Assembly: GCA_030141605.1 (NCBI GenBank)
Contig: JAQGDQ010002368.1
Span: forward strand, 806,001-870,000
Direction: 5' to 3'
From: Tubiluchus corallicola
Lineage: Eukaryota > Animalia > Priapulida
Length of the DNA: 64,000 nucleotides
Part shown: positions 26,501-50,000 of the stretch, piece by piece
Layout of the letters: the number at the start of each line of letters is the position of its first letter
How positions within the stretch are numbered: the first letter of the stretch is position 1
Translations under genes and position numbers: made by a program
Notes under the pieces: generated by a model
The model's database searches: none
Told to the model about the DNA's origin: nothing
Seen by the model: only the letters and a program-made list of their open reading frames with translations

Positions 26501-28756
26501 ACTAAACTAGGCTTACCACAACAATGAGATTGCCTTCATCGTATAAAATTCCACGGAGATATCAAAGTCTTACGTAAATTAGTTTCCCGCTTTTCTCAGC
26601 ATGTTTACGCTACCCAATGCGCACTCTAGTACATGTACCACATCTATAGTCACATAGTATAGTTGCAACCATCTACGTCACCGGTGAAGATCAATCGCCT
26701 CTCTCAGCTCACAGCATCAATCACAGTGATTCCCGCTTCGTGCACCTTGGCTACGCAGATCGTTATTAGCTGCGCACGTTCTCACCGGCTAGGGGCACTT
26801 ACTGACATCCTTATTACGGGCAGCGGCAGCTTCGAATCTTAGACATAAAGTACCAGTAAACTTTAGAATCTTTAGGAAAGCAAAAGGTGGTAAAATGAAA
26901 TGTGTACTTTAATAAAGTACAACATAACATAATTTTGAGGTTACGTAATCAAGCGTAATCACTCATTTTTGGTGCTTAACTAGAAAATCAGAACCTGCTG
27001 CATATCAACATAATTATTCAGCCTCACACATACGACATACACCACAAAACGCCTATTTCTGGATTTGTACTACAGAAGGAAAATAATTTTAACACACCAC
27101 AGTCAAACAATTTTTATGCAAGCCAACTTGCCTACCTTGTATTATAAAGTATGTGTATATTATGTATATGTCTCATGTAATAAACTTCTGTGCTTATTTA
27201 ATGCTGTTGTATTGTTCTTCTACATATGTCATTCTACTGTATATACCAATAAATAAATTCTATATTTATTCTATATTATGCAGTTATTAGAATCATTTTC
27301 TTGCCACTGCATACATATCAAACACAACGTAGACTTTTCAAACAATTCTACATTGAATTAGCCATTTATTTATCAAATTAATGTCAATGATACAGAACAG
27401 AGCTGTAAAACATTGTGTGTCGTACACACTAATACATTATGCATGCCAAAAATAACAAATGGTTTACAGACGCCAACTCTGCACGCTATGAATTCTAGGA
27501 CCAGCAGCTGCTGTCGTAACAATAGACGCCATAGAGAATTCTCGTAGGAAAGTTATAATCAAACAAAACTAAAAAGAACCGGATACCATGTAGTACATTT
27601 CCTGATACTGACAATTATTCTCCTGACAATCTGATATGCACACTTCATAATAGAAACAAAAAATATGTTGAGTAATTATGATGATTTCTTATTATGCAAA
27701 TTAAATTTACATAATAGTAAATACATGTACTATAGTAATATTAATAATACTAATAGGTATTAGTATTACCTACTGCTGATAATAAAGATAACATTAAAAT
27801 AATTTAATTACAGTCCCTGATAAATCTGCAACAGCAAAAGCGAGTATAATTTTCATAATAAACTCTTAGCAACAGTGTTGGTCCAAGACTATCTTCACTG
27901 AAAAGCACTGCTGGGACTAAAACTGGCTTTTTATTTTGACTGCCTAACTTGGCGTCGCTTAGAGCTGCATTCAATCATATGAAAAAATAAGCCCTGATCG
28001 ACGCGGCTGAGCACAAAGGCATCGGCATGGACGCGTGGCAGACTTAATGAGGCATTCAAGCAAGCCTTACCAAACTTGGTGAATTCATTGTTTGGTGGAT
28101 TATTGAGGAACCACATAAGCTCATTTATGCCTTTGTCATATTTATATCAGGCCTATGGAGTAAAATTATTCATAAATTATTTACTGGCGTACTTCGAAAC
28201 AAAGCTGCCAGCATTTTATTATTGCACTAGAAAATTAGATAAAATATAATACGCTGCTAGTTAAAATATTATTTAGCAGAACAAATATATATGTTATTTT
28301 ACAAAAACTAATCACTTCAGGTCGTTGTGTGATTTTAATCATATTAGTTGTAGTTTAAATGGTTGTGCAACAAGTCATAGAGTCAAAAATTCAATTTTCC
28401 TAAAACTGTGCGATAAATGGAAAATTAACACGTATCACGAAATTGTTGTTTATTTGTTTATTTATGGACCATGAAGCTATCAGCCTGTTATCATCAATGT
28501 TATGTTTTAATTAAAACTGTAGAGTTAATCATAAAGAGTTCATAGCGCTTGCAAAAAATATAAAATCTTGCAATCGTTATTGATTTTAATTTAATTAATT
28601 TTTTTATTTTATTTTTTTGAAATAACACTTGCATTACAGTAGCCAAGACTTCCCTGTACTGCGCCGCTTCAAGGGGATCTAAGCCAACTCTCCCCATCTC
28701 CAAAATTTGGTTTCATGGATCTGCGCCTCACCGTGGCGCCATCTGTAATTTTAATC

Positions 28757-29707
28757 TTAAAAGATTCTGCATATAGCAGAATCTTATTGGAAATCAACTG
28801 TTTACTATTTCCTTAATTTTGAAATCTTAATTTTTAAAACTAAAACAGCTAGAGTCACGAAACTTGCAGGGTAGACACCTGAGGATGGAGGACTATCACT
28901 AGTATAGTGATCGGTGACCTCGGATCAAAGGGTCACGGACGCTGGACATCGGACAGTTTTCCTTTGTCGCTCAATTCCTTGAGTTAAATTCAAAATTTTT
29001 TTCACAGATATTTAGGTCCTGTCGGTGCACTAAGTATTTTTCGGAAATTGGAGTCTAGGAAAGTTCTGAATTAGGAGCCAAAATGTGAAATCGTTTTGTC
29101 GATCAACTCCTCTTACAGTATTGGACTAGGAGTCAATATTTATACATGCGTGGCTAGGCAGGAGGAGGGAATAGATGTGCATATAGTTCGAAAAGGATTT
29201 TCCAAAAGCGGGCGTGATCTAGTCACGTGACATGGGCGAAAGTATTAACATGTGGCCTAGTTAACTCCATAAGACCTTGAATTACGAAACTTGCAGGGTA
29301 GGCGCTTAATATAGGTAGGCAGAAAACAGTGCAAGAATGGCGAATTCTAGGACAAAGATCACAGGGGCAGGACCCAAAATGTGAAAATTAGGGCAAATGA
29401 CTTTGCCACTCAACACCACTTACAATATTGGACTAGACGCCCACGTTATTGCACGTATGGGTAGTCGGTCGAGCGTATATGTGTACTAAGCATTTTCGAA
29501 AAGTGGGCGTAACGAGGTCACATGGCTACGGCGACAGTGTTAAAATGGCATTGCAACAAAATGGACTTCCTATGTAATCAAGCACGGAGAATTCAGCAAT
29601 AGCAAAATTATAATCTCGAGACAATAATCAAGTCAGCAAAAAATTTTCACAATCAGCAGTCGCAGTTTTGGTCATAATGCTGACTCTGTCATAAACAAGG
29701 TCTAGTT
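28757..29707 (-). mobile_element. Non-autonomous Helentron/Helitron-type (HINE/DINE-1-like) element with an internal ~300-bp duplication
   Basis: Perfect 10-bp stem AAGATTCTGC-atata-GCAGAATCTT at 28761-28785 at one end; TCTAGTT at 29701-29707 at the other. Internal repeated blocks: ACGAAACTTGCAGGGTAG (~28857, ~29284), CCAAAATGTGAAA (~29078, ~29374), TATTGGACTAG (~29119, ~29426), AAAAGYGGGCGT (~29204, ~29499). Confidence 0.55.
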
Positions 29708-29760
29708 ACTTTTTTATTTACTCTGAGTGAAAGGTACTTTGTCCTGTTTATAGTATCTAA

Positions 29761-30480
29761 GGCCAATTTCACCGCGAGAACGCAAGGAAAATTATGCATG
29801 GAATTGGTGTCAGAAAATATTCAGATGATTTCCGACTTTTTCTCGAAATGCCATGCAGCAAGAAAGTCCTTTGCACAATGAAACAGAGCGATTTTTTAAT
29901 GCGCGTCCAAATAGCTACAGCTCCTTGGACCGTGTTGCGGGCTTGTAGTATCGCTCGTCATCATGGACAGCGAGAGATGAGCTTGTTTTTTTTTAAAAAG
30001 TTCTACTATCAATTTCAACGTCTAAAAACATGTTAAATAAATATGTGCGTGTGTCATTTTTCTTTTTCACGAATATAGCCATCGCCGTTGCATTAATAAA
30101 ACATAAAATCGTCTTTATGTTAAAAGAGGGGTAAGATCTTATAATTTTATGCTGAAGTATGTTAATTGTTGTTCGTTAAACCAAAAAGAAGTAACTGAGT
30201 TGTTAAACTTTAGTTTTAATTCCCCGAGGAATCCTCACAAAACTTCACGAAGATCTAGCGTACGGCAACTTTACCATGTGGCAACTTTCCTCGTGAAGAG
30301 GACGCATGGTTTCTAGCTGGCGGTAGAATTCCTCATGACAAATTCCACGAAGAAAATTTTGCATGAGGCGTCAGTGTGAAATGCGTCATAGAAAGCAATA
30401 TGTTCCATTTTCATGAGTAATACCGGAAGAAATTTTTCCATCAAGGTATTTTGACGCGTGTTTTCTCTGTAAAATGGGCT
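29761..30480. mobile_element. PIF/Harbinger-type MITE, 720 bp
   Basis: TAA target-site duplication at 29758-29760 and 30481-30483. Imperfect TIRs GGCCAATTTCACCGCGAGAACGC versus AGCCCATTTTACAGAGAAAACACGC (reverse complement of right end). No ORF. Confidence 0.65.
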
Positions 30481-31759
30481 TAAGTGTGTCTGCTGCTGTT
30501 GCGGTGATTTCTGATTTTAACACTCTAAGCACAAAGTCTATGAAGCAGAAACAAAGTGATCTATTGTGTCTAAACTACATAAATTAATAATTTCACATCC
30601 AAATGAAGCCAAATAATCTGACAAAACTACTGCACTCAAATTGGGTGATTCACTACACTCAAACTATATTTTCTTGGGGGGAGGGCGTATTACGGTCTAA
30701 CTAAATAAGCGTAGTTAATGAATTTAGCGTACTTAAGTAAAATGAATTTACTTCCATAATGTCCATAATGCCAAAAGTAACGAATACAATCTGAGTAATT
30801 TGCCATATTTAAACAAAAAAACCGTAGACATAAAAAAGAGCGCCCAACATAAAAAAGGCCAACTATTCAGTTTCCTAGTATAGTGACTCAACACTATTTC
30901 ACAGCCGTTACCCACTACCACTGCCACCTCCATCGTAACCGTCGTTGTCATCATTATTATTGTCCTCGTTTCTTCAATCGTCAATGAACGCCTAAAATAT
31001 TAATTTATTGAACTCTAAACCAACGAGATGTAAAGCAACGGAAAAGATCTTCTATTTGAATAGCACGTTGTGTTTATTTGAACAAATCATAAAAATAGTG
31101 TAAAAATAAAAACATATCACTGAAACTTTTTTGGCAAAAACAAGAAGAAACATAAGAAACATGAAAATGAAAGTGCTATGGTTAAAAAATGCATAAATGC
31201 ATACGGTTGCAAATTATCAAAAGACACAAACAATGTAAAAATATGTATTTTTATTGAAAAGCTTTAGTCTTAACACTAAAGAGTTGTATATTAATGTATA
31301 ACAAACATTACCGAGTCGCACTTACATAACATTTTGATTTTCGGAAATTGCTTTCGTAACATTTACTACAGAAAATATACAGCACTTAGAAACATTACAC
31401 AAATTTTGCTTCCGAATCTACACATTCCAGTGGCAGTGTAGAGCATTTATAATTCGTAGGCCTACACATATATAAGCGATTATATTTGGCTAGTTACAAC
31501 ACAGTTAACTTTTTGTAATATCAGTTACACCTTAATTATTAATGACCACAAAATTATTTGCAAAAAATAGCGAATTCTTTATTAACCAGATTGTTAAATT
31601 TTTGACAAATAACAGGATCATTCATTCTTGATATTAAAACTTTTATATTCACAAATACCTGGGTATATAATGCAACGTAATTGATTAACAGTCACTCGTG
31701 CAGGTGAGCAATAAAGCTTAGTTAAAATAATAACAGTCAATATTGTAAAGCAGATTACT

Positions 31760-37013
<5,254 letters not shown>

Positions 37014-38158
37014 TTTGTTTTGTTTGATAAAAAAAAACTTCAAATGCTATGGATCAGCACGCAAGCCCTTTTTCTTGTTCGCACCACTTCTCCCAGCTTC
37101 ACCAATGTGTTATGCAGCCAGGTTTCAAAAACCCACCCTTTTTACTACTGCACCGGACTACTTTCTTATGGATTTACCATTTACCACGCCAGACGAAGAC
37201 CAAATGGCTTTGCTGAGAACGCCAGACGCTTTCAGCACGCATGCGTGTTAGAAAAAAAGATGAGGGATGTGTCATCGACTCCTGCAGCGTGGTTAGGTTA
37301 CTTACTGTACTGTTAAAACGTGATTCATGTGAATGCATCTTTGCGACTGTATACAGACTAGAAAGGACGCTTTAGATTCTTGTTCAGTGTAATAACCCAG
37401 TAATAATAATTTATTGCATTTGCTTAATTTAATTTTGCGTGAAAACATGCAACTCGTATATGATAATAAAGATGCCTGGACGAATATTTAGTATACACGC
37501 CAAGTAATCATTACATGAATACAACATATTTACCGTAGCAGCAAAACCGCCCCTTGCACTGAAAAAGCTTGTTTGTATACGTCATTATAATGGTACTTCT
37601 GTGAACAAAGCTCAGAAAATAAGAAGTTTCTATCTCAATTTAAAAATTCAGAAACTCGGGTCCTGGATCTTTCATTATTGATCATTCAGATGACAACGAA
37701 ATTGAAAACGATGCTTATCACGTATTGATGAGGTATATATTTACCATTTGAGCTAAAATACTAAACCAAAGTTTGCTTTGTATGCATATAACAACATTTA
37801 TTTTGAAAAATATCCACAAACTTAAGAAAAACTGTCATTGTTCAACAATTAACATGCAAAATATTAAATAGGGAAGAGACTTCAATACTGAAATTGCAAA
37901 ATCATTGACTGATATGAAGTTTATGTAATACTTTTAACAGTAAGCATTCTACTAAATTTAGCATAGTTGACGATATTCACAAGTTGTTCACAAAACTGTC
38001 ATTATTAAATCAAGTCATTTTAACTAACTAAAGGAAAAGAGATATATTCAATACTAAAATTACATCATCGTTGATCAGTATGGTATTTTATGCAATACTT
38101 TGCACAATTCATATTTCAAATCTATTAGAAATTATGCCATTAACCATGTGTTGTATGT

Positions 38159-43032
<4,874 letters not shown>

Positions 43033-43149
43033 TTTGACAAATCTTTAGACCTTCTGAGATTAAACTTATATGGCAGGTTGTTCAGCGTACAGTGACAGAA
43101 TAATAGAAAGCTACCGGTTTTGTACGCAGTTACACACCCAATATTCATT

Positions 43150-43350
43150 CGCCACTAAGGTATTTGAATATGATGTCACCACCCTAGCTTCTGATTGGCT
43201 AGGCTTCTATTTTTTCGCGAATTGAGAATCCCAGATTACTACAGTTAGCGGAATGCGCGCCAATCCAACACGTAAGCCTTTGGCGCCATCCAGCGGGCCT
43301 CAATTGGATACTTATATTTGCAGTTAACGTCAATCAGCCGCGTCGTCATG
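43150..43350 (-). promoter_or_regulatory. Probable proximal promoter of beta-tubulin B
   Basis: CCAAT box (CTGATTGGCT, 43191-43200), CRE-like TGATGTCA (~43171), CpG enrichment, and a CTCF-like GCGCCATCCAGCGG (43283-43296), all 140-270 bp upstream of the ATG. Confidence 0.45.
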
Positions 43351-43865
43351 ATTTCTCGTTTATCCTTGTAAGCTAAATACTTATGAAAAGTATTTTTAAT
43401 TTATTTATGCACGTATATCTAAAACCATACATCAGTTTTATAATTATGTAGCCTTACTCTAACCACATCATCCCCCAAATGTTAACCTATCACGCTAAAA
43501 AGTACAGTGTTCTGCCTTCACGCGTACTCTAGGTGTCTACATACATACCCAAAAGTGATTACAAATTAGTCTAAAACTTTGAACGAACGCTTTTTTAGTT
43601 TTTGATGTGGGTGTTGTTGGCCTGTTATCATTATCTATAAATGGCTGTTTTAGAAGCTCTGTTCAGTCTTCAGTGTGTTGCTTGTACTTGTTCCAGTACG
43701 TATTATGGTGAACAGCACGGTGGCGACATCATTTGCAAAAAGGAAAAAATGAATTGAATCGAAATTTTATGAGAATGAGAGTTACATATTACATCATGCA
43801 TACAATACACACATATCACTATACCAAAGAAAAATTAACTAATCTAAATACGGATATACATCTGT

Positions 43866-44019
<154 letters not shown>

Positions 44020-46819
44020 TATTTCTGCAAGTTCAGTCTCAAAATTCAAAGTCCTTACTAAACAGAGTTTGTAATAATCAATTCGTATACAAGAGACTAC
44101 ATATGACAATCACTATGGTAGATTATTTCGAATCAGTTTAATTTGAGACTTTTCTGTACGTGACTTCAGAGGGTAATGTTTAGTTGATATACATAAGATA
44201 TGAGGCAAGTCAATTTTTTAAATCACGCATATAAACTCAAAAATAATCTACCAGTAAAAACACCCAATCAAGAAAATCCAGAACTGATAAAATTGAGAAA
44301 ACGTGCAGATGGGCTTACTTTTACTAGCAAAAATTAGCTGGTAAAAGTAAACCCGTCCAGAACCGGACTTTGCCGAAAACACTCTGATGAGTCACAAGCC
44401 AATGCTACAAAACTTAATCACTGTAACTGATGATATGTTTCATCGAATCTATATTAAAATTACAAATTTTATTTTCTTAGACGCACGTTTTTTTAACCCA
44501 GGCTAATCAATGAATTAAAATAAAAGTCAAGCTGTGATTATACCCGTGAATATTATTTGTTTAGACTGCAAGCATTATAAGTACAAGACAAATTGCTAGT
44601 TCACAGTTTTCTTTTGGTCCTATATATATATATATGCGTCATGTCATCGTATATATTAAACGCAAGATACTCGGTAACCGTGTGATACAAAGTTCAACTG
44701 ATAAAAAGGTAATATACTATGTAACATACTGTAAAATTATTACTGCTGATGTAGAGTTCCATAAAAACATAACTTTTTCTTAGATATTGCAACTAGCGGA
44801 CAGTTTGCTTTGATATCTGAAACTGAATGAATAAAAAGGTGCAAATATATAAACGTTGTTTATAGGGCAACTGATTGTTTAAAAAAGTTATGCAGAAATA
44901 ACTGCTTTTTGTGAAACATATTACAGAAGTCTAGACAAATGCGAATGGGACTCAAAATCGGATTTGCGTTGTTACGAGACACATTTTCTTCTGACTTAGC
45001 TATAGATGGCAAATTTGGCCAAATTATTAAAGGACCATGATAAAATATCTAATAAGCAGGCGATTCATCGTGTAAAATTGCTACCTTATGCTTTCAAATT
45101 TCGTAGTCATACTGAAATCGTTCTGCTTTTTAAAGTTAAAATTTATGGACTGCACTTATGTTTTGTCAATGAACTACTAACTGATTAATGCTAACTAACT
45201 AATAACTAAGTAAATAACATTTATTGACATCTGACTGCTAAACACTGCTAAGCGATGCACGGCGACGCATTTTGTAAAAAGTGGCTGCGTTGGAGCCAAC
45301 TTTTCTATCGTATAATAAGGCTCAAATGTTTAATAACAATAAAAAAACTTTATTTTAAAATCAACGTGAATAAAATAAATTCAGCAACTACTAAGTTCAA
45401 ATAAATAGGAAGTTTTTTAATGTCGTTTAGCAATGTTTCAACATAAAAATAAAAATATTCTGTACATTTGTTATTAACTTCAATGTACATTTGATTTAGT
45501 ACAGGGGGTTTACGTGCACCAGAATATGAGTCTCCGTCTTGTTACTACCTCATTATTAGTGATGTATGTACTCTACAATTACAAGTAATATATTAACGTA
45601 TTAATTGTATTTATAATGACTACAATACGTGTGTTGTGCTAATCCAGTAAATATTAAAAGTATATTACTACACCGTTTTACACGAAATATATTTATAGGC
45701 TTATTCCTTTTTATCTAGCACTGCAACGATACCTTTAGCTAACGTTTACACTCAGGTTAATTAAGGTGACGTATCAGGTCAACCACCGATCTTAGCCACC
45801 CACTAGTCACTCACATAAAAACTCGCCCACCCGGCATAGACCAATCCTTATTGCTCAAATAATCAGCTACAAAAAGTATTTTGTACCTACATAAATCCTC
45901 ATTAAGAACCTATATTAAAAAGTTTACTAATATAAATATCAGAAAATTTGCTGAGTTACATATACTATTTCAATAATAAAGAAGTTTTTGAAGTTACTAT
46001 TTCCTTGAACATGTTGACCGTCTAAGTATATAACTTATTTAACAGAAAACGCAATAAATTTTCACGTTCGTAATTACTCCAGAATTTTGTGCGGTTTACG
46101 ATGACGAGCGCTGAAAACCCGTCAGTGAATCTCAGTTTGATGCGAGCGTGTCCATCCAACAATTTTAGTTAATCAGAAACTTTCACAAGCAACACCCACA
46201 GCTATTCCTAAGCTCTATTACTCATTCACACAATGGCAAACCGCAAGTGAAGGTATTAAAGCTTCCGGCTGTTTTAATGGTAATTACAAACAAGGTTATG
46301 AGTCAACATTTGCGTATGTCTTGTTTCACGTGGTTCGGTATGAATTGCACCTATATTTCTTACCATATTAAATGTTTTTGCATATTAAAAAGTATCTAGT
46401 ATACGTAATAATAATGTTGCTGTTTATCCGCATACTGGTTAACCTCAGCTATCCTCACGAACATCAAATTTGTATACCTTATTAGTACTATGCACTATTT
46501 TGTTAGATACACCTAACAAATTTAAAACTACGAACATGATAGGCTGTGGGCCGATTACGAATTCATAGGCATTCTAATATTTCAAAATGTTGTTTACAGT
46601 GACATTTCACGTATTACTCATCTCGTGGTTTAATTACGACACAGCGCCCAGGGATGTGTAATTGTGAAGGTATAATAATGTTACTTCACGGTCATTGCCT
46701 ACACATTTGCCAGCAAGTCCCAGTTTATGCTTTTGCTCAGAAACAATACTACTATCGTAGGCTGCGTAGTAAAATCTGTCAATCATGTCCCATATATGGA
46801 GATTCCGAACATTTACGAA

Positions 46820-46945
46820 TATGTCGTCACGCTTCCGTTAGCCCGCCTACGGCTGCCGAGTGCCATATACGGAAGTTGTCGTGGTTAGCGATCGATTGAG
46901 CAAGACGCGTTCACCAATCAGAAACTAGTCACATGATCATGCCGC
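46820..46945 (+). promoter_or_regulatory. Probable proximal promoter of CBFbeta
   Basis: CpG-rich patch with Ets-like CGGAAGT (~46870), CCAATCAG (~46914-46921) and E-box GTCACATGAT (~46928), 80-200 bp upstream of the first ATG. Confidence 0.45.
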
Positions 46946-47019
46946 TGATGATGAATGAAAAGTTGTAGACTTGTGATGAGTACATGCACCTGTGATAGTA
47001 ATCGTACATTACCATTCCA

Positions 47020-50000
47020 ATGGTGAACTCCATGCAGTCAACTTCGACGGGTGCTCCAACAGCCGTCATGCCTCGTGTTGTGCCTGATCAGAGGACAAAA
47101 TTTGAACAAGAAGAACCTTTTAAGCGACTTAGCAGAGAAAGTGAGGTGATGCTTTTTCTTTCATTCGTGTCATTAGTTCAGGACTATGTGTAAATATCAC
47201 ATTTTAGTAACTTCAACAGCGCGTGTTTAATTATTTCAAAATGACATCTATGTACATTTACTATATGCGGGCTACCTACTTGTGTCAATAGTTGCTTAGT
47301 CATTACTAATGCCACGCATTGACGTTTTGCCTGTTTCAACTTGTTTAGCTGTGAAGAATGTAATATTGTGCTATTGGTTCACTGACTAAGATGAGTTTAG
47401 CCAGACTCGACCCCGTATATGCTACGCAGTGTCCACTGTTCATTATGGTGATATGTAATGTGATAGTACTTACAATATATCACATTGCACCAATGTGGTA
47501 AAATTACGAAGTGTGTCATTCTTGCCTTACTTTGAGCATTCAAGCACGTGCTACTCTGAAACATATTAGTGATGATGCTAAATGTTCAACGATTAGCACA
47601 TTCATGTGCGAGTTTTATGTTAATCAACGCAGTTTTTCGTCACATCGTCATAATCACTTTTAGTGTATTGTGAATTTGTCATAGCCTTTTTAGTGTATGA
47701 TGTCATTTGGTGGTATGGAGGGATTTAGTGTAATTTTCTTATTTCTGCTTCTTCGTACAATCGTTATGTAATAATACATCATTAACAATAATTAGGTCTC
47801 TAAACTCACAGAAAGGGAACATAACTCGTTAGGACTACACTATTTTTGCTTATGTTATACAGTTATGTTCTCTAGAACGGATCGGACAAAATTTTATATG
47901 AAATGTAGGTTTCAGCGAACAGCGCACTGCCTGGCACGCTTCTATTAATCGAACTTCTCACTATCGTTACTTAAAAAGCTATGCTAAATTAATGGTTTAC
48001 TTTGTTACAGGTGAGATACACTGCATTTAGAGATAGACCTCACGAAGAAAGGATAGTCAGATTTGAAACAGGTTGTAGAGAAGGACATGCAGAAATAGTA
48101 AGTTGTCGTGTTTTAGACTTTCGCTACTTTATTAAAATCTCCTACTTTTTAAAACCAGTTAGCATTGCATTTAATATATTTATCGCAGTTTGGAAAACTA
48201 ATTTTCTTCCTACTTTTCACAGGCTTTTGTCACGTCTGGAACAAACCTGGAACTTTGGTTTGCGCCTCCCGGTTGGACAGGAAACCGCGAACTTGAACCT
48301 TACAGAGGTTGGGCAAATTTCGATTTAGAACATGGCAAGGTAAGGGCAATATCTCATTATTAATTACAGTAATAGCCAGTAACAATGACGTTGATAAGGG
48401 CAGTCAAATTTGGGAACCGAAAAGTGAAAAATACTTCTCATTTTTTCTTTCACACCATTTTATTTCTCGATATAATTATACAATATTTGTGTTTTTTTTT
48501 CGTTTTATGTATATTTTTTGCTTTTGTTTGTCTGTTTGTAAATATGAAAGTGCTTGCCATAGTAAACAATAAAACCAGCATGATTGTTTCCTTGCCTTGA
48601 GTAGCATCATATGGATGAATGAGTAATGCAGTCATGACACATACAACTCACATCAGTCACTAACGCATTAACTCAAGCGATACATTGAATCATAAATTTG
48701 CAATTGATGTTATTTTGTATTCGATGTTTCTTCTTCGCGAGCAACTGGCTCATCAAATTTCAAGAAACAGAATCTTCTGTTACTTGCAATCTCAGAAGCC
48801 TTTTGAAATCCGTTACAACAAACTGATAAACGGCTTGACGCTGCCATGTGCTGATCTATTCAAAATTCGGTGCGGTTATGGGGATCCGTGTTTGGTGGAC
48901 AAACCACCAGTTTGGAAATTAAGGTCACGAGTTAAGGTCAACTGAAAATCAAGTCCATAGGTCGCCTAACGTGAGTCTATTCGAGATAAAGCAAAATCTT
49001 AGCTCACTGCTGATATGTGTCGACAAGCTTTTACATTTATTTGTAAGCATTTACTGATATTATTAATTACTTGTGGCAAACAGCTAAAAAAATTATACAC
49101 AGTGCATAAAACCTTGGGACTTTCTTGTTCTACATTAATTTATACGTAATTTAATTCTTAATTTTACTAAAGCTTTTTAAATGACTATGGCTGGCCATAA
49201 ACTACTTTAGAGTGAGTGATTCAGCTGCAAATAAAGTTTACAACTTCGCTTACTCATAGATTTTTACTTCTTCAAGCAGCGTCTATAGCAAACTGATATT
49301 ACATAGTTTCAAACTGACTACTATCGACTATCGTGTATAGATTAAATGTTGTTATTTCTTACTAAGCGGCCAGTTAGAGTTTCGGGAAGTTTATCATTCG
49401 TATGCTGTTTGGATATGTTTAAGATGTTTGTTTTAGAAGTGCATAGGGCTTGTTTGACTCTTATTCACGTACTTTTCCAAGAACTGGCGCTCCGTGCGAG
49501 CTGCCGCATTACAACGAGGTGATGCAACACCACCTCGCGAAGCCTACCAAGTTTGCAGCGAAAGCCTGAAGCCGTATGTGCAGTATGCAGCATCCATGCG
49601 TAGTGTATTTACATATTCTACAACAATTAATATCTTTTTTATTTGCACTTTTATACTATTTACATATGTTTGCATGCATTATATAGTAATGTGCCATGGC
49701 GTGGAGCTACATAGACGGGGAATAAAACGATTTTTTGTTAAAACAGGCAAACCAACAGCCGTCGAAATTGAATAAATTATTTAAAGAATAAAAAATTTAT
49801 ATAACAAAATATATGACTTAAATTAAAAAAGATATTTAAAGTAGAGTACCTCCTTTGCTCAATTCGGCACACTAACATCCCACAAAAAGCGAGTATTCAT
49901 CACTGGACCTACTAAGCGAGGATGGACGTAGCGAGACCGGAACCTCGTTCATTATCTACATTATGCCTCTAAGATAAGACATTGAACGCAGAAGTGTCTT

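Noticed and set aside
44370-44410. GCCGAAAAC...CTGATGAGTC, resembling hammerhead ribozyme core motifs
   Set aside because: No stem II closing onto a downstream GAAA, and the spacing is too short for stems I and III.
47441-47495. Hairpin in CBFbeta intron 1 whose 3' arm begins ATCACATTGC (miR-23-like)
   Set aside because: 12-bp core with large bulges beyond it. miR-23 is not expected in this lineage and the rest of the mature sequence does not match. Small-RNA data would be needed.
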